A stretch of DNA of 64,000 bases, from the NCBI RefSeq assembly GCF_009914755.1, contig NC_060925.1, one strand, 5' to 3'. The notes below the pieces were generated by a model, which saw nothing but the letters and a program-made list of their open reading frames with translations, ran no database searches and was not told the DNA's origin. Each line of letters opens with the position of its first letter. Within the stretch, counting starts at the first letter, position 1. Source of the stretch: the human T2T-CHM13v2.0 reference genome, Homo sapiens. Position numbers and translations under genes: made by a program. Shown here in pieces: positions 1 to 18,239 of the stretch.

Positions 1-962
1 CAAAAATATTTGCAAACTATGCATCTGACTAATGTATAGTTAGTCTGGGTCTAATATCCAGAATCTACAGGGAACTTAAACAAATGTACAAACAAAAAGC
101 AAACAGCCCTATTAAAATGTGCACAATGGACATGAGCAGACACTTTTCAAAAGAAGACATACATGCGGCCAACAAACATGAAAAAAATGCTCAATATGAC
201 TAATCATTAGAGAAATGCAAATCAAAACCACAAGATACCATCTCACACCAGTCAGAATGGCTATTATTAAAGAGTAAAAAAATAACATGCTGACAAGCTT
301 GCAGAGAAAAGGGAGCACTTACACAGCTGGTGGAGTGTAAATTAGTTCAACCATTGTGGAAAGCAGTGTGGAAATTCCTCAAAGATCTAAAAACAGACCT
401 ACCATTGGACCCAGCAATCCCACCAGGTATATATCCTGAGGAATAGAAATCATTCTACCATAAAGACACATTCACTTGTTTATTCATTGCAGCACTATTC
501 ACAATAGCACAGACATGGAGTCAACCTAAATGTCCATCAATGGTAGACTGGATAAAGAAAATGTACATATACACCATGGAATACTATGCAGTCATGAAAA
601 AGAGTGAGATCCTGTCCTTTGCGGGAACATGGGTGGAACTGGAGGCCATTAACTCTAGTAAACTAACAAAGGAGCAGAAAACCAACTATCACATGTTCTC
701 ACTTATAAGTGGGAGCTAAATAATGAAAACACATGGACAGAAAGATGGGAACAATAGACACTACTAGGATATACTTGAGGGTGGAAGGCGGGAGGAGGGA
801 CAGGTTCAGAAGAAAAAGAAGAAAAGAAAAAGAAAAACTATTGGGTATACCTGGGTGATGAAAAAATCTGTATGCCAAACCCCTGAGTCACAAGTTTCCC
901 TATATAACCAACTTGCACATGTACCCCTGAACCTAAAATAAAAATTAAAATACTAAAAAAAA
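1..962 (+). mobile_element. LINE-1 3' end (old L1PA/L1PB type), ORF2 C-terminus remnant + 3'UTR + A tail
   Basis: gaaatgcaaatcaaaaccacaagataccatctcacaccagtcagaatggc, catgttctcacttataagtgggagctaaa, tgcacatgtacccctgaacctaaaataaaa followed by an A-rich tail. Confidence 0.92.
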
Positions 963-999
963 GTGAGTTTTAACAAATTGAGATTATAATAATAATATA

Positions 1000-1215
1000 G
1001 TGCTTATTATATACCAGACACCATTATAAGTGCTTTAATCTGTTTATTTAATCCACCCGAAGACCCTCCAATAAGGAGTGTACTTTTATTAACCTCATTT
1101 GCAGATGAGAAACTGATGCCCATAGTTGTTAAGTAATGTGCCCAAGATCACATAACTGGGATTCACATTCAGATAGTCTTGATTTAAGAACCTGCCCTAG
1201 TAACCATTATTCTAA
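1000..1215 (-). mobile_element. MIR SINE
   Basis: cctcatttgcagatgagaaactgatgc...gttaagtaatgtgcccaagatcaca matches the reverse complement of the MIR core. Confidence 0.8.
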
Positions 1216-1389
1216 CCTGCTATCCATATTATATATTCTGACAAAATTTGCTTTTTTCATTTTTGAATTTTTCTTTGCATTTGGATAATCTTCTGTAAGG
1301 AATTTGTCGTACAGTCAGTATGTTAAATGTATTAAAAAATAAGTGTATGGAACTAATTTTTTATTTCCCCAATTCAAGGGTAACCATTC

Positions 1390-2460
1390 TCTCTACTTTG
1401 ACAGGATTGATTACATTTGCCTCTTTTATAAATGTAATCACACAACATGTACTCAATAAGTACTCTTTTGTCCCTGGTTTCTTTTTGCCTGACAATTTGT
1501 TTGTGGGATTCATTCCTCTTGTTAGGTATAGTTGGAAATTGTTCATTTTCTTTGCTGTATAATGTTCCATTGTGTGAATATGTCACAGTTTAAATGTTCT
1601 ACTATTGATGGGATGTGATGTTTCCTTTTTGGGCCTACTGTAAATAATGCTACTATAAACATTCCAGTACACACATTTTGGCGAACATATGTATGCATTT
1701 CTATTGAGTATATATATCTAGGAGTAGGCATTCAGCTTTAGTAGATACTGTCAAATATTTTTCTAAAATGGTTGTATGAATTTGCACTACTAGCATTGCA
1801 TGAGGGTTCTCATTATTTCACATTCTCATCAACTTTTGGTTTTTCCTTTCACTTTTGCTTTAGCCATTCTGATGAATGTTAGAGTAGCATTTTTATGACT
1901 ATATAGTGTTCTATTATATGCATATGTACTGTCTTTTATAGACGGGAGTCCCTATTGTTGTGCATTTAGATTGTTTCCAATCTTTCTTTGAAAAAATACA
2001 AACAGTATTTACACTAATAGGTTTGTAGACGTACTTTAAGTCTTGTGATAGATGTTCCCATACACGATTGAAAAATAACAAGTGTGTTTCCCTGAAACAT
2101 TATGAAAATGAGTTACAATTTTTGCAACTTCATCCAGTTACTAAGCAAAAGATAGCCTCTCATATTTTTACTTTAAATTTTTTTTATTTCCAGAGAAAGT
2201 TGAGCATTATGTTTATTGCTAATTTTTATATTGGTAATTTGTATATATTTAATAAATCACCTAGTCTCATTTTATGCTCATATTTCTATTGAAGTATATG
2301 TGAATATCTTAGACCCTTTTATTAACCCTTTTCTGATTATATATGTTATAAACTTTCCTTATTTGTCTTTCAATTTTATAAAAAATTAACTTTTTATATA
2401 GTCAAGTATATGTTTTATGGCTTTTGCCTTTGGTATCATGCTTTAAAAGGCCTACTCATA
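1390..2460 (-). mobile_element. Ancient L1M (L1ME-like) 3' fragments
   Basis: Degenerate antisense L1 motifs (gttcattttctttgctgtataatgttccattgtgtgaata; ttttagccattctgatgaatgt). Confidence 0.65.
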
Positions 2461-2566
2461 CTTTCAGCTTTTTCATTCTGCTCTGTTCTTCCCCAAAGTG
2501 CATGTGTATGTGTATGTGTACATATATACATGTATGTCTATTCAGATTTTCCCATAAAAACATGAT

Positions 2567-2800
2567 ACAGATAGCCCTCCATATCCTTGGATTCAAACAA
2601 CCAAGAGAATTCAACCAGCCATGTATCAAAAATATTAAAACAACAAAACAGTAAAAGATAACAATACAACAATATGAAATAATACAAATAAAAAACAATA
2701 CAGTATAACAACTATTTACATAGCATTTACAGTGTATTAGGTATTATAAATAATCTAGAGATGATTTAAAGTATATGGGAAGATGTGCATAGGCTATATG
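2567..2800. mobile_element. MER2 (TcMar-Tigger) DNA transposon fragment
   Basis: aatacagtataacaactatttacatagcatttacagtgtattaggtattataaataatctagagatgatttaaagtata is characteristic MER2 sequence. Confidence 0.8.
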
Positions 2801-3239
2801 TGTGACAGTGTATGTATGTTTACATATATATATATGTAAGTATATATATATACTTGAGTTTTTCCCATAATGTTCAATTTCCTCTGGAAAGAAAATGTAA
2901 ACTTGCTTCCTCTATGCTGTATCATCATCTTATTCTCAAATTCCCTTCAAAACCAAACTTTTTAATTAGTAGGATAACACACTGCTTCCATTTTCTTACT
3001 TTGTGTTTACGCCTCAAATCCTCTGAGGCTGATATCTATTCCTTCCTGCCGTGGCAAAAGTCATCAATAATTTGTTGTGAGTTTTTTCCCTTACTCTATA
3101 GTAGAGTTTCCCTAATCTATAGTGTTTTCCCCAAGTGACTTATTCACTAATTACTTCATGTTCTGTCAGTTCCAATTACTTTCTATCTTTGTGACAACAT
3201 ATATCTCTTCTGTGCTCTGAGTGTAATTTTTCTTGGATA

Positions 3240-3660
3240 TGAACCCTGCAAAGTCAAATTGGGGAAATTATCGTTTCCTGAATCTGCACTTCCTATTTTG
3301 GTGAAAATGATGCACCTCTTTAGTCATATAAGCCAGAATTTTGGGTGTCATCTTAGATTCTTTAATTTTCCTTGTCTTCTACCTCTCCTTGTTGACTGAG
3401 TCTTAGGAATTTGTCCCTTCATTTCTAATTTCACTGATTCTAGCTTAGTTCAGGTCTTTATCACCCTTTTTGAGGATATCTACAACAGTTTCTTAGCCAT
3501 TCTCCCTGCCTTCAATTTCCCTAGTCGATCTTCCAAATCTAATCTAACTCCCTGCTTAAAATTATCTTTATGGTGCTCCATTGCATATAAGATAAAATCT
3601 ATTCTTAGCCTGACATATAAGATGATTTGGCCCCTTTATCTTGTTTCATTTTTTCCCTAT
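3240..3660 (+). mobile_element. L2 LINE fragment
   Basis: Degenerate L2 3' motifs (gtcatcttagattc, ctccctgcttaaaa, taagataaaatc, gatttggcccct). Confidence 0.6.
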
Positions 3661-4099
3661 CACTTCTTAAAGTACTTTTTAAGGCACAATAAGACTTTGT
3701 TATTACTATGATTGCACCAACATTGCTACTGACTTCAACACCCAAAATTTTTGTATACAGAAGCGTGCCCCAAACACAAAATGAGTCTTTCTGTACTGCT
3801 AGCTAATGTTTACTAAGATCTTACAAATTACTTCTTTTATTAGTTTGGAAAAAATATGGGGTTAGTTCAATGCTAAATCAAAATTGTTCCTCTCTTTTCT
3901 GCTTAAGATAATCTATAGTAATACCTTATATTAGTATGGATTATTAAAGATTTACTGTACATAATCCTTCCATTATTTGATTTTATAGAAACATCTCAAA
4001 GGAATTAACCCAAGGGTAAAATACTACCCATACATAATTTCCAACATTTTGATCAGATTCTACTGGGTAAGTATATGTATATTTTAAGCTATAATTCCT

Positions 4100-4188
4100 A
4101 TAATCTGTGCAACAAACCCCCGTGACACAAGTTTACCTATATTACAAACCTGCACATGTACCCCTGAACTTAAAAGTTAAAAAAAAAA
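4100..4188 (+). mobile_element. Extremely 5'-truncated L1 (about 90 bp of 3'UTR + A tail)
   Basis: aatctgtgcaacaaacccccgtgacacaagtttacctatattacaaacctgcacatgtacccctgaacttaaaagttaaaaaaaa; direct repeat aagtatatgt at 4069-4078 and 4187-4196. Confidence 0.85.
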
Positions 4189-4666
4189 GTATATGTCCAT
4201 GCCATAGAAGACAAAGAAACACCGTAGAAATTTTCTAGGTTAAAGGCAGAGTAAAAGACATAACAACTAAATGCAAGACCTGATATATATATATGACTGC
4301 AAAAGCATCTCTACTGACCCCAGAGAATGGTGTGGCAACTATTGTTTACAATTTTTATTTAGTATTTATTTCTAATATAAGATTGGGAAAATAGCATCAA
4401 AATACAGCTGCTTAGTAGTCAAGAAGACTAATTATGTCCCTGGAAATAATTACAACTGTGTACTTCACCTTCAGGCCAGAGTTTACTTATTATATTAATA
4501 AGAAACCAATACTGCAATTGAGTCTTGTGAGCCTAACTCAAAGACACAAGATTAAATGATTAGTTTTACAGAATGAGAATATAGTGATGCAGTAATGTAT
4601 ATCCATTGGTGACATTGCCATTAGCATTGGAGGCAAGTGTCCATTTCATAATAGATGGTGTCCTAA

Positions 4667-4990
<324 letters not shown>

Positions 4991-4999
4991 GTACTTTTT

Positions 5000-5157
5000 A
5001 ACTATGTCTTGCCTCATTTGGTTCCTGGCTAAATCTGGCTTTTCAGTCTTCTCATCCATTCCATATGTACTCAATCTAATAAATTCATTTTCTGCTTAAA
5101 TTGACTAGCATCAATTTTTAATTTACATTTTTGCAACTGACAACCCAGACTAGTACA
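5000..5157 (+). mobile_element. MLT1-type (ERVL-MaLR) LTR 3' end remnant
   Basis: aataaattcattttctgcttaa...ttgcaactgacaacccagactagtaca resembles the MLT1 terminus. Confidence 0.5.
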
Positions 5158-5409
5158 GGTCCTAAAGGGGACTCTAATTCACATGTCCTCCCAAGAAAGG
5201 CAGGTAGCAAGGTATCTTATTTGTATGTGTCTGATAGGGCTCCCAAGAAACCAGTGGAAGGTACTCTTAGGATTGATAGTTAAAGTCTTAGGCACAGTAA
5301 TCAAGGAACCTAAGACCGAGTGACAGAGGAATGTTTTTACATGGGAGAACTCTGAGATACAGTGTTAGAAATTCCCTAAGGAGGTTAGTAGGAAATATTT
5401 TCCAAGAAT

Positions 5410-6915
5410 AAAACTGACAGAGGATTAATATCCAGAATAAAGAGCATTTTATAAGTCAACATAAAGAGACTAAAAATGAAATAGAAAAACATAGCAAAGG
5501 ATATAAATGGATAAATTACTAAATATGAAATTTAGATGATCAATTAACATATGAAAATATTTTATTTCACTAGTGATCAGTGAAATATGATTTAAAATGA
5601 GGTACCTTTTTTAATTCACCAGATTAGCAAAGATGAACAAGTCACGTAGTATCACATATGACAAGCATGTCAAATGTAAATTGGGATAGCCATTCCTGAG
5701 ACAATTTGGTTGTATCAGTTAAAATGAAAATGGGCATAAACTGTGACCCAGGAATTCCACTGTTAAGTATCTTCTGAGTAGAAACACTTATACATGTTCA
5801 AAAGGAAGTATGTATCAAAAAAAGACATACTGGTGAGGATGCAAAGGCATGGGAGCCCTCAGACATTGCTGGTGGAAATATAAAATGGTACAGGTGCTTT
5901 GGAAACAGTTTTTCAGTTTCTTAAAATGTTAAGCATCAGATTGCCATACCCAGCAATGTGCACTTCTAGAAAAATAGCCAAGAGAGCTAAAAACACTCCT
6001 CCACACAATAATTTGTACTTGAATATTCATAGCATCATTATTCTTAGTTGCTATACAGTGGCAACAATTGGTGAGTAAAGAGAATATTGTTTATCCATAC
6101 AATTCAATACTATTCAACAATAAAAAAGAACAAGGAATCAATACATGCTGCAACATGATAAACCGCAAAAACATGCTAATGAAAGAGGTGAGACACAAAA
6201 GACCACACATTGTGTGATTTCATTTATATGAAAAGGAAAGGCAAATCTGTAGATACAGAAAGTAGACTGATGCTTGCTCAGGGATAGGGGTGAGAATGGA
6301 AAATGACCACAAATGGGACTGAGGCTCCTTTTTTGGGATGATGAGAAAAATGATACAGTATTAAATTATGGCAACCATTTCACAACTTATTAAAAATCAC
6401 CGAATTTTACATTTAAAACTGGCGAAATTTGTGGTACATAAGTTATCTCAAGAAAACTGTTAAAATGATTAATAGCTAGGGACTTTATAAACATTACTGT
6501 AACCTGGGATGGTAGACCAACACTTGTAGGAAGGATAGCTGGAAGAAATCAGGCATGTCATGTTAGGAGAAACAAAATGGAAACAGAAAGAAACAGACAT
6601 GAACATGATGTCCATTATTGAATTATTTGTAATACTGGAAACTAGAAATAACCTGAAAGCCCATCAGTAAAGAAACAGGTAAAATATAGTACATTTGAAA
6701 AAAGTAATTTTCAAAATATGTAGAGCATGATACCATCCAGGCAAATTAGAAAAGTAAAGCTGTATATGTTTTCCACATAAACATGTATGTAAAAGTATAA
6801 AAAAGACATTTGAAGGTTATAAGCAATTTCAGAACAGTGGTTGTTTCTAAGGGCAGAGAAGGAGAATCAGGATGTGGATAGTAATCAGGAGGGCCTTTAG
6901 TGTTATTTGTAGTGT
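5410..6915 (+). mobile_element. Ancient L1M 3' fragments
   Basis: cattgctggtggaaatataaaatggtacaggtgctttggaaacagt; acacaaaagaccacacattgtgtgatttcatttatatgaaa; cagaaagtagactgatgcttgc. Confidence 0.75.
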
Positions 6916-6918
6916 TCT

Positions 6919-10848
<3,930 letters not shown>

Positions 10849-11379
10849 TTATTCGTAATTTTCTAAATAGATAATAGATAATATATTCAAAATGTATACA
10901 TTTTAACATTACAGACAGAAATATGGACTTGAAGCAAATATTCCAAAATATCAATAATAGTATTTCTGGGTGCTGGGAATAAGAGTGACAAAAGAAAAAA
11001 TCTAAGAAACAAATATAAAACAGCCATCATTCTCTTTGGTTACCTAATATAAAGCTTAAAGTGAAGAAGAAAGCCTGGAAAATGGCATTGCAGACCTGAG
11101 AACAGCAGAAAGAGTGAAATAACAGCTCCCCACCAAGGACACTGACCTTTGAAACACAGCATCAGTGACTACAGTAGGAAAACCTAGGACTCTGCTTGGA
11201 AACAGAGGGGACTTAAGGATCACTTATAATAATATTTACTTCTTCAGTTGAGGAAGGTGGGAAGTCATTTCTGTTGTTACCTAGCAGCTCTTAGAGATGA
11301 GTTTATATACCAAAAGTAGTTGACATATGTATCAAAAGTAGGATAATCTAAGAAATACTCTTGTTTTTGGAATATATAT

Positions 11380-11560
11380 TTAATGAGTTTCAGTTGCAAG
11401 AAGCAGAGACCCTATTCAAACTGATTGAAACAGAAAGGAAATAATTTTTTAAGGTAACTTCAAAGTTCAAGTGGTGAAACAGCATTTAGGCATTGCAGTA
11501 TCCAGGACCTCAAATGATGTCATTAGATTTATATATTTTTCTCCCTCTTTCTGTGTTTGT
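11380..11560 (-). mobile_element. Old MaLR/ERVL LTR remnant (probably continuing as internal ERVL-like sequence to ~12.7 kb)
   Basis: tttcagttgcaagaagcagagaccctattcaaactga resembles the antisense MLT1 terminus. Confidence 0.45.
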
Positions 11561-12734
11561 CTCTCTGCCTCTGCCATGTCTTTCTCTGTCTTACAGTATG
11601 AATATGATTTTTTTCATTGTTCAGAAGCTGGAGCTGGAAGTGACTGAAATACTTCTGAGAAACCTTATTTCCATGACCATGCTTGTCATCAGAAATACAT
11701 ATTCAAATATCATAGAAGAGCATCTAGTGGGGAGAACTTTATTTTTATCCAAAACTTTAAGAACAAGGAGTCCAGGAAATATATTTTATAGCTTTCCAAC
11801 CTGTCCAACTATTAAAGAAGGAGAATGGAAGGGACATTGAATGAACCAATTTACAATATCCAGCATGGTCCACTCTTTTGGCTGTTCATCACCTATTTAT
11901 ACCCTTCTACTGATGCTTTCAAAGAATGGCAATTACACTATTCTACAGCTAACTTAATGCTACTGTCCTTCATATAAATGAAAACACTCAACTTCTACCC
12001 AAAAAGAGAGATCTAAAAATCCATCAGCCCGTATATCAATTTCTAGATGATATTCACTCATATCATTTAGCCATAATATCACCTTGACTTTCCACAGCCC
12101 TAGTACTAAATTATAAAGTTAATGACCACGCCTTATGTAAAATTCCTGGGGAAAGGCAAGAAGGAAATTGATGTGTTTATATGTACACACATACATAGGC
12201 ACACATATAGCATAGCAAGGTGGCATTTATGAGTAGCTGCTATAGTCCTTGTTCTGTTTGAAAGTTGCTATAAATTTCCCACTGCAGCATATAAGTGTAG
12301 AAGGGATTCTTTTTCAGGGTAGTAGTTTAGACCATCATTCTTGAATCATTGAGACCTTGGTAGTGTTTCCTATATTGGAATACTGAAGTCTTCTCTGTTT
12401 TTATACTCAATATGCAAATTACAAGAAAGTACCCCACCTCCATCTATAACACAACTTTATGTCTCAGTAATAACCAGGATTAATCACTCAAACAGAAGTA
12501 ACTTTCCTTTTCGGCCTGTATTTTTCAGTGAAATGTGACCAGAATGCCCAGCTGGCACTCTAAACTTCTGGTTCAAGGGATTAATTGTTACAGGTACTCC
12601 CCATACTTGAAGAGTACTTCTAAATTCATATTTCTTGAAGAGTACTTCCAAGGGTATTAAAATGTCTCAACTGTTAAAGAGTCCAAAGTTACAGAGACAA
12701 GAAGTAGAAAATTTTCAAATGGGTAACTTATCAT

Positions 12735-13280
12735 ACTATAGTTCATTAATTTTGACATACATACTTTTGTCTCACATTTTAGTGTATTCGAAATTAGGAT
12801 GCTTCCTAAAATGATGACATCAGTCAGGCAATTCTTGTGATGTGCTTGTTATTGTCTATACATGCACAAACATGAAAATGCGTATCAGCAGGTTGGAAGA
12901 AAATATAGGAGATGGTAGTAGAGCGCCTCAAAAAATACTGTATCAATATTTTTGATATAAAGAACAATAATTGTGTAAAAACACACAATAATGACTGTGC
13001 ATCAAAAAATAGTCTGGAAGAGTCAGACTATGAATATGAAAGCATTTTAGGAATTTCTTAACAAGTTTAAAATTTTTTTCACTTCATATGTTTACAAGAG
13101 TGATATTAAAAAGTTATGTCTAAATAAATCAAAAATAGTTCTCTCTTAATAGGGAAAAAATTTATAACTGACAAAGTATCTCATAGTTTAATTGCTGTAC
13201 ATTTTTCTTTTTTTTCTTAGTGGTACATGATATAATGGTGATTTTTATAATTGATAGTCATAGATTCAGTGAAATAGGGT
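12735..13280. mobile_element. TcMar-Tc2 DNA transposon remnant (MER104/Kanga-like)
   Basis: cacattttagtgtattcgaaattaggatgc near the left end and attgatagtcatagattcagtgaaataggg at the right end resemble Tc2-family termini. Confidence 0.5.
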
Positions 13281-16109
13281 GGTGATATCTACCACTCCCA
13301 CCTCCACCTTCTGGTTCCCAGATACTTGTTTTTTATGGTTGAAGAAACACCAGGTAATGGTCCCTGAGAAGTTTCTTTTGTGTATGAGCTACAAGATTTC
13401 AAGACTTTTCAAATCTTGATCTTAGGTAATTTTTGAAGTAACAATAATCACTAATAGTTTGTCTTTAATGTTCTTGTACTAGCTATCACGAGTTTTATGT
13501 ATCTTTGTTATTGTTACTATTTTGTGTCAATTGCCAAGAGACTTAAACATCTTTTCTAACATGTTCATATTCTCTTGATTAATTACATTATGAAACAACA
13601 TGCCTATTCATTATTTTTATTTGGAATTTTTCCTTTTTTCATGATTTAGTGTATTTGTTACAAAAAATAACTTGAATTCACTTTTCTATATAGGAACATT
13701 TTTATTGATTTTATGTCTCCTCTTTATAATCTCTTTCATATTTCATTATGTTTCTTCTAAATTTATCTTGTTTTTTTAATACATAAATTTGAAGATGAAA
13801 AAGGAGGTACTCCTCATATACATTCATGTATTATACATATATATTCATATACATATATATGTACACATTCAAATCACAAGTCTGTCATTTTTAACTTTTT
13901 AATTGAAAAATCCCCAAACTTCTTGCCAATCGTAGCTAAAACTGTACATTACCCCTAAACTTTCCCTTATTCAGATCTCTAAAATGCCTGGTGCCACTCC
14001 ATTAGCACCTGACATAATGGAAAGTGTGAAGAAGGGGAAGTTGGAGAGAAAAGAGACAGCAATCTCAACCAATTGCTATTAAAATATCTTACTTTTGCAA
14101 GTCTTACAAAAGCATGTGTCCTTGTGAACACAATGCTAGAATCTCTCCCAGGGTATTAGAAGGGTTGCCTGCACTTGAGAGGTCCTGAAATTTAATCTCT
14201 GTTAGCTTCACAGTAAACCTGCTGTGGCCCTCAGATTTCAGTTCTCTTTGTGAGAGAAGCCCTCTCCTCTGGCTGGCAATTTATGATTCCCTTGCACACA
14301 CTCTCTTTTCTGGGGTCTATAGGACATAAATGTATTTTCCCTGCTATTCCAAGTTGAGCCCCCTCTCAACATAATTCTTTTCACTCTGCCACTGAGCAGA
14401 GGTGGTTTTATCTACCATTTAGTACCTTTACATTTTGTACATTTGGTGAGTCCCCCCAAAACAGTCCCTAACTCTTATAAATCCTAGCAGATAGGGTACA
14501 TGTTAAGTCTCTGAGTGGTTTCCTTGAAGCCCCTCAGTTGATTTGAGGTAAGGGTGACCTCCTGCCCTGAATGTGTTGCATACCTCATAACTGCTCCAAA
14601 ACAATTCTCTCCAGCACTCTTCAGCCTCTCCCTCTGATGTAAATTGGCTAATGTTGGCAGATCTGGCTTTAAAATCTAGTTTCTGTGGGTGGTTTTATTT
14701 TTCATTTGGGAAGGCTGGTCACCTGATAGAAAAATAAAAATAACCATGTTAAGACAAATTGGTGTTTTAGCTGTCTGCTTAATTGCTTTTGGCCTTCAGT
14801 TTTCTCTTTGAAATCTTATACTCAATTGAGCAAATGTTTCTCAGTTGAGGGTTTATGTGTTCTAAGTCCTGTGATAGGTACCAGGAATGCAGAGATAAAC
14901 AGATCCATTGTAAACAGTCAAATGTAATAGAAGAATCATATGGCTAATCTGCCATATATTAAGTCATAGTGTCTAAATTGCATTAAACCAGCTCAATATA
15001 AGAACAACTGTTTTCTTAAAAGTTATATGAGATTTTATAAAAGATTTTACCTTGCCATTATATAGTAATTATGATTGAACTTACCAAATTAAATGTAATG
15101 TGACGTTTACTAGTATTTTTCCATTAAATTGTTAGTGAATTAAAAGGACGTTTTGGAATTATATGGGGGATCTTTGGAAGACTTAATTTTTTCATGGGTT
15201 GTATAAATAGATTTATGAGAGGGAAAATGGATATTAGTTTCTGATATGGTAGTTTATGTGAGAATTTTATAGTTTGATTTGTATAAATAAAATAATGTTA
15301 TTGCATATTTCTGGTACATTACACTTTTATTTGTATAATAACCTAAACTTGTGTTTATCTTATATTGCTAAAATTTAAGGTAATGACAATAAAAGATTTT
15401 TCTGGTATGTATGTGAAGCCTAAATGGCCCCATTCTGCCACCTTCTGGCTGACTCCGTAGCTTATAATATTGTGAGGTAAGTGTCATCTAACCGTTCTGC
15501 CATGGTTGGCAGCAGACCATATATTTGGGGCCTGGGTGATTTAAAACAGGGTCAGTTTAAGCAATAATGTAGTTCTAGTGCCTCAGGCTCACCTTTATTT
15601 CATAGTTCTAAAATGTGTTAGAATTTATTGGAATAGAATACCACATAGTGATGTATGAGATTGTTTCTCCCAGGGTATGGAGTTGTAGTTAATTTTGACT
15701 TTTCTGCAATACTAAAGTTTCTTCAGATATTACTTGATAATTAAAACTGTATCAACATGGTAAGCTATTTATCAGAATCATCATAAGAAAGTTACTTGGA
15801 GAGTGATATAGAAATGAAAGTTACTGAAATCAGCACCAATTCCTTATAGAGAAACTAATGGGTTCAGTAATCACTTACTAGAGTTCTAAAATAAAAGGAG
15901 AAACCATATGTACAACAACAAAGTACTAACAAAATCTTAGTAATTTAAACCTCTAGTTTTGTGACACTTCTATATATTGCCATTTATTAAAAAAAAGAAT
16001 TTGGGAAGGCTTAAAACTTTTGGAAATGTAATTCATTTAAAATTGGTTTGATAAACTTTTTGGAGAGGGATAGAGAAAATAAAGTAGAACCCTATAAAAT
16101 GTTGCAATT

Positions 16110-16260
16110 TGTGACCTTTTGCAGCACACTTAACCTCTTTGTCACTCTGGAAAATGGGATAATAATATCCAATATAAAGGTAGATTGTTGTGAGGAATAA
16201 ATGCTTTATTTACTTCATGTGAAACACTTAGAATGATATCTGACATATAATAAGTTAGCA
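16110..16260 (+). mobile_element. MIR SINE
   Basis: tgtgacct...cacttaacctctttg...aaaatgggataataata...ttgtgagga...aaacacttagaatgatatctgacatataataag. Confidence 0.75.
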
Positions 16261-16549
16261 TTGTTATAGTCAATCTTACAACATTTAGAATATGTTACAT
16301 AGTCTAATATAAATGGATTCCAAAATATTCTAGGCAGTAAGCTTTGTATTTTCTTAACATTTTTACACTCAATAATATTAAATTAAAAGAGAGAAATTGA
16401 AGACTGGAAATGCATAGCTCCCTAAAGTAGTGTAGAAATATATGTGATATATTGGGGCCTAATAAAGGGCCTTTATTTCTGTCTGTGACTCATCTTTTAG
16501 ATACCTAAAGCTATCTCATAAAAAAGCTATGGTATCTTGAAGAAATTAA

Positions 16550-16780
16550 TCAATTTAAAAACATTTATTGAGTGTATACTGTGTGATCATCAGTGTGTTA
16601 GATTCTGGTAAGAAATGATATGAGAAACTCACAAAAAGAAGTATAAACATGCAATTACTACAATGTGGTCAGTACAGTAACGTGGGTGTTAATATATTTT
16701 AGGAACTAGAAGAGAAGAAATAACATTGAACTACACTTTGATTAACAAGTAGGAATTAGCTAGGAGAAAGTCGTCTTACA
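16550..16780 (-). mobile_element. L2 3' end fragment
   Basis: aaacatttattgagtgtatactgtgtg is the antisense L2 terminus. Confidence 0.55.
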
Positions 16781-17458
16781 TAAATGGAACTTCTATGCAT
16801 GATTTTTGACTACTGGTTTACCTGAAGTTTCTTACATTTTGTATTAGTATAACTTTACAGCCTTTCATATCCAGAATGCTTTTACACACATTATCTGGAG
16901 AGTGAGGTTTTCAGGTTATTATCTGAATGGTGAAAATTGGGTTTCTATCGTAGTAATTATGGGTGAAGGGGAAATATGTGTTTTTTAAAACTGGACATTT
17001 GTAATGTTGCTGTCTGAGCCTATAGCCCCCTACCTTCACCTCTTTATGCTGTGGAGTCAGGCAACTACACTAGCAGTCAAATGCCTGAGGTTCGCAGTTT
17101 GCCCTATCAGTGCTCTTGAGGGTTCTCATGTGAGTGAAAGGAGTGACTATCCCATGCCCTGCACCATTTCTGTGGTGGTAGTGGTGGTTGAGGGAAGAAG
17201 TTTCATCTTCACATTTCAGGTATTTAGAAAGCCCATCTGGAGATTTAGTTATGGGACTACCTGGCTATAGTCTTGGCTAGGGCGTTAGTAGATCAGTGAA
17301 ATTTTCTCATCAACACGAAGGGCTCTAAGTGTTAAAGGGAGACAGTGCCCACATCAACCATGACTAGGAGTTTCACATGTCCATATTTCATACATTTTAG
17401 TACTCTGGAAATAGAATCCCACTTTCCTCATCCCCATCACCTTATTACATTTAAGTCT

Positions 17459-18012
17459 TGTGTTAATTTTCTATTATTGCTATAACTAAATAGTGGCTTA
17501 AATAGTGGCTTAAAATAACACCCATTTATTATCTCACTGTTCTGTAGGTCAGAATTCTGGCAGGCTCTTATCTGGAGTTTCTGGGGAAGAATTTACTTCC
17601 AAGCTGATCCATACTTCTGGCAGAATCCAGTACCTTATGGTTATAGGACTAGGGTCTCTGTTTCTTGGTTGACTGTCATCTAGGGGGCTCCCTTAGCTCT
17701 TAGAGCCCTCTCTCTGGTGCTTCTACATAGGCTGTAATATCTCAGAGCCAGTAATGGTGTGCTGATCATTCTCACACGTGAAATTTCATGACATGTTGCC
17801 ATGGCTCTCTTCTGCTCCTAGCTGGACAAGGTTCTCTGCTTTCAAGAGCAAATTTTTTTAGATCGGGCCCACCTAAGTAATCCAGAGGAATCTATTTAGT
17901 CACTAATTAGTAGCCTTAATTACATCCGCAGAGTCCAGTTAGGCATATATTGAAACATATCCACAGTTTCCAGGCAGTAGATGGAATTAATAGGGGGAGC
18001 ATTCTGCTTATC
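17459..18012 (-). mobile_element. MLT1 (ERVL-MaLR) solo LTR
   Basis: tgtgttaattttctattattgctataac...tagtggcttaaaataacacccatttattatctcactgttctgtaggtcagaattc; ctggggaagaatttacttccaagct. Confidence 0.8.
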
Positions 18013-18239
18013 AGAAATCCATCGGGAGTTTAGAAAGAAGAGGAAGTACAGAGAGCCTACGACCTTTGGTATGCATTTCAAGACTCAGTCACAATTAAGA
18101 GGAGGATCTACTTAATAGTTAAAGAAAATTTAAACCATCTTTCTTCCCTAATACAACCAGAAGTATAAACTAGTTGTTAACAGATATGCATATGATTAAA
18201 ATAAAATTTAGAAGGCAGTGATGTGTTTCAGACTCATAT

